64,000 bases of DNA from Pseudovirgaria hyperparasitica. Lineage: Eukaryota. Positions 12,989 to 25,209 of this stretch are shown piece after piece. The stretch lies in the NCBI GenBank assembly GCA_010093815.1, contig ML996576.1, one strand, 5' to 3'. Below the pieces are notes generated by a model. That model searched no databases and was not told the DNA's origin. It saw only the letters and a list, made by a program, of their open reading frames with translations. The number at the start of each line of letters is the position of its first letter. The first letter of the stretch is position 1. A program made the position numbers and the translations under genes.

Positions 12989-14825
12989 ATGGAGGCTGTG
13001 GGTGTTGCTCTCGGGTTGGTGCCCATACTAGTCACGGTTGCTAAGACATGTCGTTCAGTCAGCGATAAGCTTGACACTCTACGACACCGTGATATCGTCG
13101 CGAGGCGCCTATGGATAAAATGGAAAGGTCTCCAAGCACGATTCCGACAAGATTGTATACGATTGCTGCGACCTGCATTAGTGGATAGATGCAACGAAGA
13201 CTGTTGGGATCTTCTAATGAGTGGCATCCTCTGCGAGCCCAGGACAGCATCAGATATGGCTATTGGCATTAATCTGCAAGACCTCATCGAAAAGCATCTG
13301 GAAAAAGTCTTTGGTAGAGAGAATGCAAAAGTCTGCAAAGAACATCTAAGAGAGATCAGCGAGGTTCTCGACGAGGTCCGACAAGATTTGTCCAAGGTGG
13401 AGATAATGAATCAAAAGGTCACTAGTGTACGTACTGCTTACTTTGGTGCGAAGCACCAGGATCTTAATCTGACTTTCGAGATCCAGGGAAGGGCATCACT
13501 CGCCTCGGAAGGTGCTAGCCTGGCACTCAATAAAGAACGACACGAAAAGCATTTGGAAGACCTACGAGACTGGATTAGCGACTTCTCGGCGTTGATCAAA
13601 GCTTGTGAAGACACCAGCACAGCATATGAGCCTCGCACACTCTCGATTCCTGTTCCTAGCTATATTTGTGCTGTACGAGATGCTTCAACAGAGCTATACA
13701 CCATGTTGGAGCAAGCATGGTCATGTAAAAATGTCAACCATGAAGGTCACCATGCTGGACTACTTGTCACAGCGAAGGTTGACTCAGAAAAAGCCGTTCA
13801 CATGGACCTGTCCATTGCCGTGCATGAATGTGGTGGCGCCGTGCCAAAGGCAACCGGGCTATCAAGGTGAGTCATTGTTAGCGATTCAGTAGCAGTTTGG
13901 ACGTCAGACCGACTTCATCTAATGTTCATCTAGCAGTCGTCTTCTTGTAAACGTTAGGAGCGTTTCGATTACACAGCCAACCGATCATCAATGTGGGGGA
14001 CGTAATCTTACCATAACGAAGAATGGACCGTTGAAGCAGTACTGCTCGAATGTCTCAGTTTCAAGCCCTTTGGGGATTCACTTGACGCAAGTCCAGAGCA
14101 TCTGTTGCTGGTTATTAGGCCAAGCCACGAAAGGTTATTGGGGCTACCTAGGACCTGGCAACACATATAGACATGAGTTTTTCAGGCAGGTGAATGGCCT
14201 CAGTAGCGTAGAGGTACCCCTAACACAAGCATTGAAATTCGTGTCAATGGGACACCAAATCAAATTGGCCCACTTACTCGCACAAACTGTGCTACAATTC
14301 AACTCGACGCCTTGGCTCCGTCCTGGGTGGCGACTGAAAGACTTTTCTGTTCCAGCGATCGTCACCGGGGCTCAAGCCAGCAACAATCACGCCAAGTATG
14401 ACTTCGCTACCGTACATGTTAACAAGGCACTACCGGACCATCGAACGGGAATCCATGCCGCGAAGGGCGCCCAGATCGATGCTCTTGAGGAGCTCGGTGA
14501 GCTACTCGGAGTTAGGAATTGGAGTCTTTGCAATCTCGGTATAGCCCTAATAGAGCTTGCCTGTCAGAAGCCTATTGCAGAGATGAGAACAGTGGCTCAT
14601 AGTGATGACGTGGTAACTGCAAGAAAGATTGTGAAGACTATGAAGACACCGTTCGGGTTCAGGTACTGCAGTATTATCAGACGATGCTTATTCAACGACT
14701 TCGTCCCTGATGTCGTCGACCTGAAAGAGCCCCAGCTACAAGCTGCAGTGTACAACGAAGTGGTTAAACCGCTTGAAGGGATGATCGCTGACTTCGAAAT
14801 GATGAGTCTGAGCATGGCAGCGTAA
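12989..14825 (+). CDS. Fungal protein with HeLo/SesA-like N-terminus and kinase-C-lobe-like C-terminal domain (DUF7580-like)
   Basis: N-terminal hydrophobic helix MEAVGVALGLVPILV. Intron 13867-13933 (GTGAGT..CTAAT..TAG) joins ORFs 12989 and 14031 in frame. C-terminal motifs LAHLLAQTVLQFNSTPWL...W..KD, LGIALIELA and YCSIIRRCL..F...VYNEVVKPLE. Confidence 0.72.
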
Positions 14826-14845
14826 ATATGAATTATTCATTGTGT

Positions 14846-15932
14846 TCAAATGTATTGAGCGACGAGGTCTTCAAGCTTGGCCTGCTCATTACGGAATATA
14901 CTGATCGCCTCCTCCAATTTGATCAATTCACGGCCGTCATTTCTCTGCTTGAATGATTGTCTCCATTGCTTCTCTTCTGTGATATTGCTCCAATAGTCCA
15001 TACCAAAAGAATCGACATTGCCATCTACCTTGGTCCCGCTTTCGTTGAAGTAGCTTGCATATTCTTCTCCGCCTTCTTTCTCCAGAACTTCAACATCAGT
15101 TCCATTCAGCCCATCTAGTAACGCGGGTGCGATCGTGATACAGTCAATTCCTGATAGCTGAGCACACTCTTTTACACTCGTTAAGCTTGCCGCCAGAACC
15201 TTCGTCTTCATCTTTTCTTTGGCGTAGAACTTCTGTGCTTCCACACAAAGTTGGAAGTTTGGGCTTGGATCGATGTACCCAACTTCAAAGTGAACTTTGA
15301 GCTCGTTTACATATGGTGCGATATAGGTGCATCCACTCTTACCTGCTAGGACGGCCTGTTCCATGCAGAAGAGAGTTGTTGCAAGTGTATTGATGCCCTG
15401 CTGCTCGAGTACCTCGCAAGCACGGAGTCCTTCCCATGTCGATGGCACTTTGATGCAAACCCGTGATGGGGAGAAGTCGGGTGCAATGAGCGAGAAGAGC
15501 GAGATGATGCGTTCTGCATTTATGATGATTTGAGCTGTTGAATACGAATGTATGGGGTTGACTTGAACGTGCACGCAGTTGGTCACGTGTGGTACGATGA
15601 GTAGACACAATCTTATGGTCTGTTATTCATCAGTTCATGAGCTATGCGTATGATGCGGCGGCAAGAAAACATACGGCAATCTCAATCGCTAATTCGGCGA
15701 TAGACACATCAGTAAGCTGCAGTTCACTACTGTCCTTGAACTTTTGTGCTGTAGCCGCAGCGTCGCGCAACAAATCTGCATGTTTGGCCTTTGCTAGTTC
15801 TCCGTATGCGATAGCTTGATTCGAAGTGTTGTCGACAAAGGGGCCAAGACTTTCGACTATCTGAGCGTCGAGTGTGTCGCTACTTACTTGAGATCGCTCT
15901 CGTAGGTAGTCAAGAAGGGATTGAGGTTTCAT
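14846..15932 (-). CDS. Transaldolase-family protein (divergent paralogue)
   Basis: Motifs DTLD, DNTSNQAI, VCIKVPSTWEG (Schiff-base Lys), TLATTLF and YIAPYVNEL. Intron 15620-15674. Confidence 0.9.
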
Positions 15933-16779
15933 GCTATGCACTTGATTTTTATAACGACAAAGGTGTTTCTAGCTCTTTGAACCAGTTGAGATAGCTTTAA
16001 AGTAAGTATGAAGAACAAAATGTTGAGGATACTTAGCTTGACAAGTGGATCGGATAGATTGCCTGTTATGGAACAACAATGGCTTCGGGTAGACTACCAT
16101 CCGTATTGTAGATCTGACATCTAAGATATCCTCCTTGGATCCCTTGCTAGAGGCACTTACCTAACTTATATGTTGAAAGCTAAAGTAGGTCTTGGAATGA
16201 GACGTGCGAAGGATATTCCACTGCTCCCAATTAGGCAGTCGAACCGCACGGCAAGTATGGCGACCCTCAGGTTTGCTACCTACCCAAGAGCTATAACTCT
16301 TGGCACTTGTAGTCTTCTCTATATCTTCTGACCGGGACTCGCTATAAACATAACACCCATATATGAATGTATAATGGTATTGGAATACTATGCGATAACA
16401 ATATAAGTATATAAGAACCTCTCTATAGGCGTTGATCCATAAGGTTTCAAACATCATACAGGCTAAACTGGAGTATTCAAGAGCTGAAAACTGTCTCAAA
16501 TGAATTTCATCCTCTTAATCTATAGGTCTATATATACAGTAATGATATCTAGACTCTTATATAAAGGTAGAGACGGTTACGACACGTGTGCTACGCACGC
16601 AACGCCGATATATGATGCGGAGGTTACTAGCTCGAGATCGGGGGGCTTTAGTGGCTGAACATCCATGCGGGGACATCCCTGCCTCTGATATAGTATATGC
16701 GAAGACATAATCATAGATCACAAGCTTGAGGTCGATAGAAGACAGCGAATTGTTCCTGCGGCGTCGTCTAGACTTCAAG

Positions 16780-17736
16780 ATGACTTCTCAGTCTACACCA
16801 AGCAGTAGCCTCCGCCTACAGGGCAAAGTCGCTATAGTGACCGGAGCTTCGTCCGGCCTAGGCCGAGCCATCGCGTTGGCATATTCAGTTCAAGGTGCAT
16901 TGGTGACATGCGCCGATCTGAAGCCAACAGCGCGCCCGCAGGTCCCAGACGAGCTCAACATTACAACTCATGAACTGATTCAAGAGCGTGGTGGGCAGGC
17001 AATATTCGTCGAGGCCGACGTGACAAAGACCGATCAGGTCGAAGAGCTGGTCAAGCGAACTGTTGCGACATGGGGCAGACTCGACATGTATACGATATGG
17101 TCATGTTTTGTTGTGTTGCGCTAACACGTCCCAGACTTGTGAACAATGCGGGTATAGCGATAGAGGCCAGAGAACGTTTCCGACTGCACGAGACGCCTGA
17201 ATCGACATGGGACCAGACTCTAGCTGTGAATGCCAAGTCGGTATTTCTGGCAAGCAAGTTTGCATTGCAGCAAATGCTTGAGCAGGAGCCTTCAATCTCT
17301 GGCGAACGCGGATGTATCATCAATATGAGCAGCATATATGGCCTCGTTGGCGGCTCATTTGTACCTTCGTATGCCGCAAGCAAAGGTGCGGTAAGTTTGT
17401 TGACTATGCAGATTGCGAACGATTATTCCAAAGACGGCATTAGATGCAATGCTATATGTCCAGGACGTAAGTCCGTACCATGTTCCTCACCTGAACTTGA
17501 ATCTTTCCCGCATTGATGATGATGGACAAGTACTGACAGCCGCAGACACGCGAACTGCCATTTTCGAAGACACGGAGAAATATCAGATGTCGAAGGAATG
17601 GTTCGATCAAAATTACCCCACGGGTGTCGGCAAGCCCGAAGATATCGCTGGAATGGCAGTGTTTCTGGCCAGCGACGATGCGAGATGGGTAACTGGAACT
17701 CGCATGCCCGTCGATGGAGGATTTACTGCTCGTTGA
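16780..17736 (+). CDS. Classical short-chain dehydrogenase/reductase (SDR)
   Basis: Motifs TGASSGLG, LVNNAG, INMSS, YAASK and TG...PVDGG. Introns 17088-17134 and 17467-17545. Confidence 0.93.
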
Positions 17737-18755
17737 AGAGCACTCATGCATTATTTCATGTCGGCGAGGTCGTATGAAGCTTATTATCGACACAGAACAG
17801 CGTCTTCAGCTCACGAGTGCTGGCGTCATTTACGAGGAAGAGAAGTCAGTGCATGCTTAACTATGCATCTCGCCCATATGTGCATAGATTTGTCACCAAC
17901 AAAGCGGGGTCTGTAGCGAGGGAGGCTGGAGATCTAGCAATATAGCAACTAGGAGATCTAGTATTCATAGTTAATTAGACGATCAGTGTCTGAAAATGGA
18001 GATCCGCCCCCAAACCCCACTCGAATCTTAGTGCCACTGTTAGGCCTCCACTGAAGGGCCTACATTGTCATACCCGATGTGTATAGTATTCTTCATTCAA
18101 TTCACTCACGGGCTTGTTCTGTTCCCAATGGACCAAAAATTGGTCCGAAGATGATGTAAATGCCTCAAGAAACTGCGAATGGGTACAGTGCGTACAATTC
18201 CCAACTATGTATCACAAATATGTATGTCCTCGTAGGGATCCTGCAGAAATGGATTACCCCGCCGGACATCCTAGGAGGCGTTAAGTGTTAACTTAAGTCC
18301 GAGAGACTCATGCACTGCCAGCTTGGACGATGACTGACGGGATTTGGTTGGTTCGCTCGGAACTGTATTGCGACCCCATGCTGACTGAGGCGCGGCGCGT
18401 TACTAGCTCAACAACTGCGAACTTGCGTGGACGTACATCGTATCGCAAGATACATAGCACCCTAGGATTAAAATCAGGGCTCTCGTCGATGTGTCGATGG
18501 AGCCTGTAGGATCGACGGCGTTAATCCTTTTACGGACAGGTATCTTACCGTGCCACTTCCCAGAAACTTGCGACAACGGCTTAGGACAAGCATGGACACA
18601 GGCCACCTAGCATTATATCATGCTCGATTGTTCCCCGCTCCCTCGATATCTTCGAGTCTTGTTCCCATCATACCAAGTTTCACCGTCGAACATAGTCCAG
18701 CAACAACGCAGTACGAGCACCAATCGTCCAGACCAAATTATCCCCGATTTACAAC

Positions 18756-20364
18756 ATGGTCGCCGCCGGAGAAGCGAAGAGCGCCGTCAAATACGAGACT
18801 CGTCTCTTTATCAACAACGAGGTATGCCCAGAACTCTTAGCTAAACGCCCGATACAGCTGCTGACCCCTCGCAGTACGTTGAGGGCACTGGCAAAAGATT
18901 GACGGTCAGGAATCCCAACAATGAGACGATCGTAACCGAAGATGTACAAACGGCGAGCGAAGCCGACGTTGAAAAAGCGTTTGATGCCGCCCAGGCCGCA
19001 TACAAGGGAGAGTGGAGCAAGTGGACAGCTTCGCAGCGGTCTGCTGTTCTAATGAAGGTGGCGGAGCTGATCGAGAAAGAGGCTGGAAGAGAGGGCACGG
19101 ACGACGATCCCAGTCTTCCTCATCTTGAGACGGTCGCTATGGGCGCTCCAGTTCAAGCTGGCAAATGGATTTTGGGTCTTTGTGCTGAGGTCTTCAAGTG
19201 TAAGTCCGCGCGCGACGCTTGTGAATGACAAGCCGGTGGCTGATTCGGGCCTACACGATAGACTACGCAGGCTGGACCAACAAGATCCCTGGAGAGCAGT
19301 ACCCTGCCGACGATGGCACTTACAAGATCGTCTCGTACGAGCCCCTTGGTGTCTGCGCTGGTATTGGTGCTTGGAATGTCTCGTACATTCTCTTAGCTAA
19401 CAAAATCGCGCCTGCCCTAGCGGCTGGCAACACTTTCATATTCAAGGCATCGGAAAAGTCTCCTCTCGGTTGCATTCGATTCGCACGCATCTTCAAAGAA
19501 GCTGGAATTCCTGCTGGTGTGGTCAATGTCATTACAGGTGGAGGTGATGTGGGTGCTTTGCTCGCTTCGCACCCACGTATCCGCAAAATCAGCTTCACAG
19601 GCTCCGTCCCTACTGGAAAAAAAATTCAAGCTGCAGCCGCGAATTCCAACCTCAAGCGTGTGACCCTAGAGCTTGGTGGAAAGTCTCCAGCTCTGGTGTT
19701 TGAGGATGCTGACCTTGAGAACGCCTATAGTGTCTGTGCTGACGCTTTCCTTTTCAACACTACGCAAGCCTGTATTGCCAGCTCGCGTTGCTTTGTCCAG
19801 GAGAGTATCGCACCCGCCTTTATCGAAGGTATGAAAAAACGCTTCGCCTCTCTGGGCAATAACATGGGCGATCCGTCCCTCGAGACTACTAGCTACGGAC
19901 CCCTTGCAGATCAAGCCCAATACGACCGTGTGATGAGCTTCATCGAGGCTGGCAAGAAGGAGGCTGAGCTGGCCATTGGTGGTGAGCGTGTCGGCGAAAA
20001 GGGCCATTTCATCAAGCCGACCATCTTTCTGAATGCCAAAGACGATGCTTCAATCTACCGTGATGAGATCTTCGGTCCGGTGCTAGGTATCCGCACGTTC
20101 AAGACAGAAGAAGAGGCGATCGAGCTAGCGAACGATACTAACTATGGCCTGTCGAGCGTCCTACTGACAAAGTCAATCTCTCGAGCCCTTCGAGTATCAC
20201 GACAGATTGAAGCTGGAACCGTGGCCATCAACCAGTCACACTCAATCTCAGTATCGGCACCATTCGGTGGGTTCAAGGAGAGTGGAGTGGGCAGAGAATC
20301 AGGCCGCGAAGGGATTATGGGATATTTGCAGAGCAAGACCATTCTTATTGGCATGGGTGTCTGA
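18756..20364 (+). CDS. Aldehyde dehydrogenase
   Basis: Motifs LFINNE, AWN, KASEKSP, FTGS, LELGGKSP, QAC (catalytic Cys), EIFGPV and PFGGFKESG. Introns 18822-18874 and 19200-19261. Confidence 0.95.
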
Positions 20365-20460
20365 TGACTTGGAAGTAAGTCAGACTAAAACTTGTCAAAA
20401 CAATCCCAGAGCGATTGATGATTTTGCATCTACTATGCCCTCCGTAAAGTGAAATTGTTT

Positions 20461-21024
20461 TCATTCACCCCGAACCAGCATAATCGCTTTCTTGACGATC
20501 TCCCTATCTCCCTCGAATGTTAATCTAGTCTCCGCTTCATCCAATCCAACCCACACCGGCTTGAACTGCCCTTCAATCACCCTTGCAGGCATGTGCTCCT
20601 GCCCCTCCCTTGCCACAGCAACATACCACCAGATAACCTTGATGCCGCTTCCGTCTCCCAGCTCTCGATGAGTAACGAAGAACGCCTCTCCCTGAACTGT
20701 TTCCTTCCTCGCCCTGTCGCTCGCACCAGGGCCCCACATGGGCAGAGTACATCGAGTCTCCATACTAACCGGCAGCATCGAACATTCACAGCCTGTCTCC
20801 TCACAAGTCTCACGGAGTGCAGCTTCGGCACGCGTTTCGGCAATATTGCGGCGTCCTTTGGGCAGCAGAAGCTGGTTTTCGGGGAGGTAGTGGAGGAGGC
20901 AGATTTTGAGGGCTGATGAAGGTGGGTTTGAAAATGGTTCATGGTATGAGAAGAGCACGGTGCCGGCGGACTCGATGAATTGCGCGGACGAGTATTGCTT
21001 CATTGGCCATTTGGAGGCTGCCAT
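20461..21024 (-). CDS. Nudix hydrolase
   Basis: Nudix box LPKGRRNIAETRAEAALRETCEETG. ATG at 21024 (MAASKWPMKQYSSAQFIESAG). Confidence 0.85.
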   Translation of the reverse strand: MAASKWPMKQYSSAQFIESAGTVLFSYHEPFSNPPSSALKICLLHYLPENQLLLPKGRRNIAETRAEAALRETCEETGCECSMLPVSMETRCTLPMWGPGASDRARKETVQGEAFFVTHRELGDGSGIKVIWWYVAVAREGQEHMPARVIEGQFKPVWVGLDEAETRLTFEGDREIVKKAIMLVRGE

Positions 21025-21754
21025 TGTTGGGACTGAGGAGAGTGAAAATGTGATTGAGTTGTGATTACGTGATGGTGATATTTTGAGTTGGAAGTGAAGT
21101 GCGTCAAACGGCAGTGCGATATCGAAAAGCGTTCGTTGGAGTTGACTCAATGATTGCAATTGACCTGGAGGTCAAATACGCGGGTTTGATGGGTTGTGAA
21201 TGTTATATTTCGTAGGAGTGCTCTTTACATCACTGATCAGGCATCAAGAGCGAAACAGACCTGTATCACACTGTAGCCTGATCGGAGGATTTCGAGATGA
21301 CTCTTATGAGAACAAAGACACCTTCCAGGCTTTGGATTGGTTAGACGAGTCGCGCCAAGCGGCCCGCGGTGCTGCTCCCGGGGCTAGTGCCACGTGGAGT
21401 GAATCGTGTTGTCGTTATCGGATAATGTCTGATCTCTATACTATGTCAAAGTGCGAAAACCACACATGGACTACGGCACTATCATACACTGATATGTTCA
21501 TAAAAAAGATGGATGAGTGCTATGTCAGAGTGACCCTACGACTCCAACTCTAACCCTTGGACCGCGCTTTACTTCGCCTACATACAGCGTGCTGCCGCGT
21601 AGCACTATTAGTGATTACAAACGCACGAGTCACCTAGCATCACAACCAGACAACTTAACACACGAAAAAGTATCAACAATGCTACACTCAAAAGAATTTT
21701 ATTCCAAATTATGTATCCTAGAAGGTAGTCTCTGCACATCTTGGCTCTCCGCGC

Positions 21755-22776
21755 TTAGAACGCCGCAACAGCAGCGAAGGCAGCAGCCGCGAAGGCACCA
21801 ACGTTCGCAACGCCCATTGGAACCGCTGCGCCGGTAAATACGGGACCGGTGAAGCCAGGGCCGGAAGGCTTGGTTGGGGTGGGCACGCCGTGGCCGCCGG
21901 TCTGGCTGGGAACGCTGCCACCGCTGGTGCCTGGTGCTCCACCGGTTGGGTGTGGGTTACCGCCAGTTGGTGGGCTGCCTCCGGAGGTACCTGGGGCACC
22001 GCCAGTTGGGTGTGGGTTCCCACCAGTTGGGGTGGGGATCTCGGAGGACGATGAACCGGAAGGAGAGGGTGACCCGGAAGGTGTGGGCTCAGGGGAAGGC
22101 GTGCCGGAAGGTGCCTCGGATGACGTCTCTGAGGGAGTGGGCTCAGGAGTGGGCTCAGAGGTGGGCTCGGGGGTGGGTTCGGGAGTGCCGGAAGGCGTAG
22201 GCTCTGCGCAGCCTGCAGGGAGCGAGGTCTGGTCGGAGAAGTTGTTGACGCCGGTCTGCAGGCTATCGATGGCGGGCTGCGAGAGCTGGAGAGCAAGGTC
22301 ACGCTCTTCACCTTCGTTGAATCGGTTGGCGACGGAGGCCTGGAAAGCCTTTGCGGCAGCGAGCTGATCTTGGAGAGCAGCGAGGACGGTGGGTCCGACG
22401 CAGGCGGAGACAAGAGTTGGCTTCTTGTCCGTGGCGTCTTGAACGGCCTTGGCGGCAGCGTCGTTGAGCGCGTTCACCTGGTCAAGCAGGGTGAAGCCCT
22501 GGTCGATGGTGATCATGTTTGTGATCTGATCGACCGTGTTCTTTCCAGCAACGAGGACTGCAATAACATTGTCCGATGCTGCTTGGAGGGCATCGACCTG
22601 CTCGGGCCGTTGAATCCGAGAACTTGGGCGTCGAGAGCATTGGTAGCGTCGGCGGCATTGACAAGAGCTTGCCTCAGGGTCGCGAGTTCAGCTTCGGTCA
22701 GATCCTTGCGCTGGAGGCGACCTGAGGATGCCAAAGCACCCACAGCAAGGAAAGGGAGAGCGAGAGAAAACCTCAT
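21755..22776 (-). pseudogene. GPI-anchored HsbA/Mp1p-like cell-wall mannoprotein with a single-base frameshift (null allele or assembly error)
   Basis: Signal peptide MRFSLALPFLAVGALA. The helical HsbA-like domain reads through only if one base is added at ~22604-22606. Followed by TPEP and PTGGNPHPTGGAPGTSGGS repeats and a GPI-type tail FTGAA...AFAAAAFAAVAAF. Confidence 0.75.
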
Positions 22777-24627
22777 GATTCCGATTGAAGTGAATTTGAA
22801 CGAGTGAAAAAATCTGGATTTGCGAGAGCTGAAGAACCACGAGGCGTTTGAGAGGGCTCACGGCCATATGATGTATTTCTTTCCAAGCTTCACATGCCTG
22901 CTAGAGATTAAGCGGCGTTCAGAGCTATTGATGTTGAGCTTAAAGCAGCTAAGATGGGAATCGTGGAGGCATTTCCATGGTCTAGAGCATGCCACGAAAG
23001 GCACGACATAGTTTCGATTGGCTAGTCGCCAGTCTGACTAGCTGCAGGCGATGGTCGAAGTCGCCCAAATTTGCGAGGGAAGCATTCCGTCCTGCTTATT
23101 ACATGCAGAGTTAGGGGACAAGAGCATTTGATTTCTGGGGAACTGGTAAATTTAGACGACATGTGGCGTCTGGGGTACTTGGCAACGTTGCGCTTAACGG
23201 TTAGATCGACTGTCCGCTTTACGTTTTGCAACACCTTGTGGAAATTCAGGAGTAGTTTTTGCAGGACCACTACAAACTAAAGCGGCTGCCGAGGTCCACG
23301 CCACAACATGCACGTGAAACCATTGTCCTTCGCACGTGGGAGCCCGTATCGTATCAGAGCGAACAACGAGAGACTCGACGTGAGTCAGCTGTCGACTGCG
23401 TTTATCTATAATTGCCCACGTTTGTAGATGTCACATTCCACGAAACCCGGTAAGCGGGAACTTGGGGTTGAAGACATGATACACAACAGGGGTGCACCCT
23501 GATCAACACCAGGATAGTACGTGTTCATGACCCAAGTGGATAGCAGATTTGGCCTCCCTCGGTTCAGAAGTCCGTGTCCCGCACGACGTCCCGCTTCTCT
23601 CCACTTTATCAATCGGATCCCTTTGGACCAGAATTATTACGACATTACCGGCTCAGGCACCCGTGTCGATGTCTGCAGTGTACACTTTTGCTATGGACGC
23701 TGATAAGTTGCCTAACATTTCACATAATAGTTGCGTTGCTTTAGAGTAGCTGATGCTCTGCCAGCGGTACTAAGATAGAGTCGACCCACAGGGTAAGTTG
23801 GCCAAGAAGACGGCAGGTAAGTATCTATAGTTGGAAGGGCCTGTTTCCGCCCCAAAAGTCTTGAACACCTTCGGAAGGTGACCTTCCTCAAGTCTTATAT
23901 CTTTGCCCCAAACTAAATAACTTACTTTGTAATATTCACTCTTACCTGCACTTCTAACACGTTCCGGTATGATCTATAGATATAGGTCAGGTTAGCTCTG
24001 TGTCTAATGATTATTTTTTTCTATCTTTTCATCTCCTACTTCTCTATACTGCTTATATATCATATAGATTTTACTACGACCATTACAGCAGATACTAGAA
24101 GTATCTTCAATATAAAGCAGAAGAGACATCTCTTGAAGATTCGAATCTAATTGAACATGTCTTACTCCTTTCTAGAACTTAATTATAATAGCTTATAGTA
24201 GTTTAGTAGTTTGGATATCATCTTAGATCGATAACGACATAACCACCAGTAAGTTTTTTAAACGTCTATACTCTTAATTCAAGATATCTTTAGGCACGTT
24301 ACCTCTTTATAGCTATGAAACTTTGCGTAGCCCTAATGCTTTCCTAGAGCTTATCTTAGACTCGTCTAGTCTTCGATATCCTGGGCTTCTATCCTTCATA
24401 GAGAGACTGTAGCGTATAGCCATGATATCACTAGTCGATTGAGTTATTAGGAGACTTTCACCACTATGTACACTGCTCCTATCTCCAGGACTTCATGGCG
24501 ATCATGAACGATTATGTACAGCTGATTCGTCCAGTTGATAGTTAATGCCAGTCCAAAAGTCTAACCCTTGACATTTCCAAGCTCTTGAATGCATCTACCA
24601 CCACCATCCCACATACAACCCAACCGC

Positions 24628-25209
24628 TTACACGACATTCAGCGTATAAAACAACAACGCATCCTGAATCGCATTATGAATATTCGCCACCGCCGCCAGG
24701 CCCCTCGCCAACACATCCGGATCCGCACCTACCAACTTCGTAGCCACCGCCGCACTAAACGTATCATGATCACTCAACAGCAACGCCAAGCTCGCCACCA
24801 CAACGGGGCCCAGCGCACCCTCCTGAAACTCCTTGAGCTTGGCCTTCAAATGTACCGTGGCAGCCGGGATGCTGACGTTGACCGTGTCCTCGACCGTCTG
24901 CACGATAGCGGCATCCTCGGCCTTGCTGTACGGCAGGGCGGCGAGCGCGTTGACGAAGCCGACGCGGTTGACGTTGTGGATCTTGAACACGCCCTCGAGC
25001 ACGGGGACGCCGTTGACGAGGGAGGTCGGGAAGGGCGAGCCGGTGTAGTCTTGCACGATGGCGTCGAGCTCGAGGACGGCGTTGTGGATGTTGATGACGT
25101 CTTGCACGGTGGTTTGGCCGTTGGGTAGGCCGGCGCGTGGGGTGAGAGGGGATGTGATGGCGGCGGCGGAGGCCGTGGCGGCGAAGAGAAGGGCGTCGGA
25201 GAGCAGCAT
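24628..25209 (-). CDS. Secreted HsbA-family (hydrophobic surface binding) protein
   Basis: Signal peptide MLLSDALLFAATASA, then an amphipathic all-helical domain (VQDVINIHNAVLELDAIVQDYTG...LKAKLKEF...IHNAIQDALLFY). Intronless, GC-rich codons. Confidence 0.75.
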   Translation of the reverse strand: MLLSDALLFAATASAAAITSPLTPRAGLPNGQTTVQDVINIHNAVLELDAIVQDYTGSPFPTSLVNGVPVLEGVFKIHNVNRVGFVNALAALPYSKAEDAAIVQTVEDTVNVSIPAATVHLKAKLKEFQEGALGPVVVASLALLLSDHDTFSAAVATKLVGADPDVLARGLAAVANIHNAIQDALLFYTLNVV

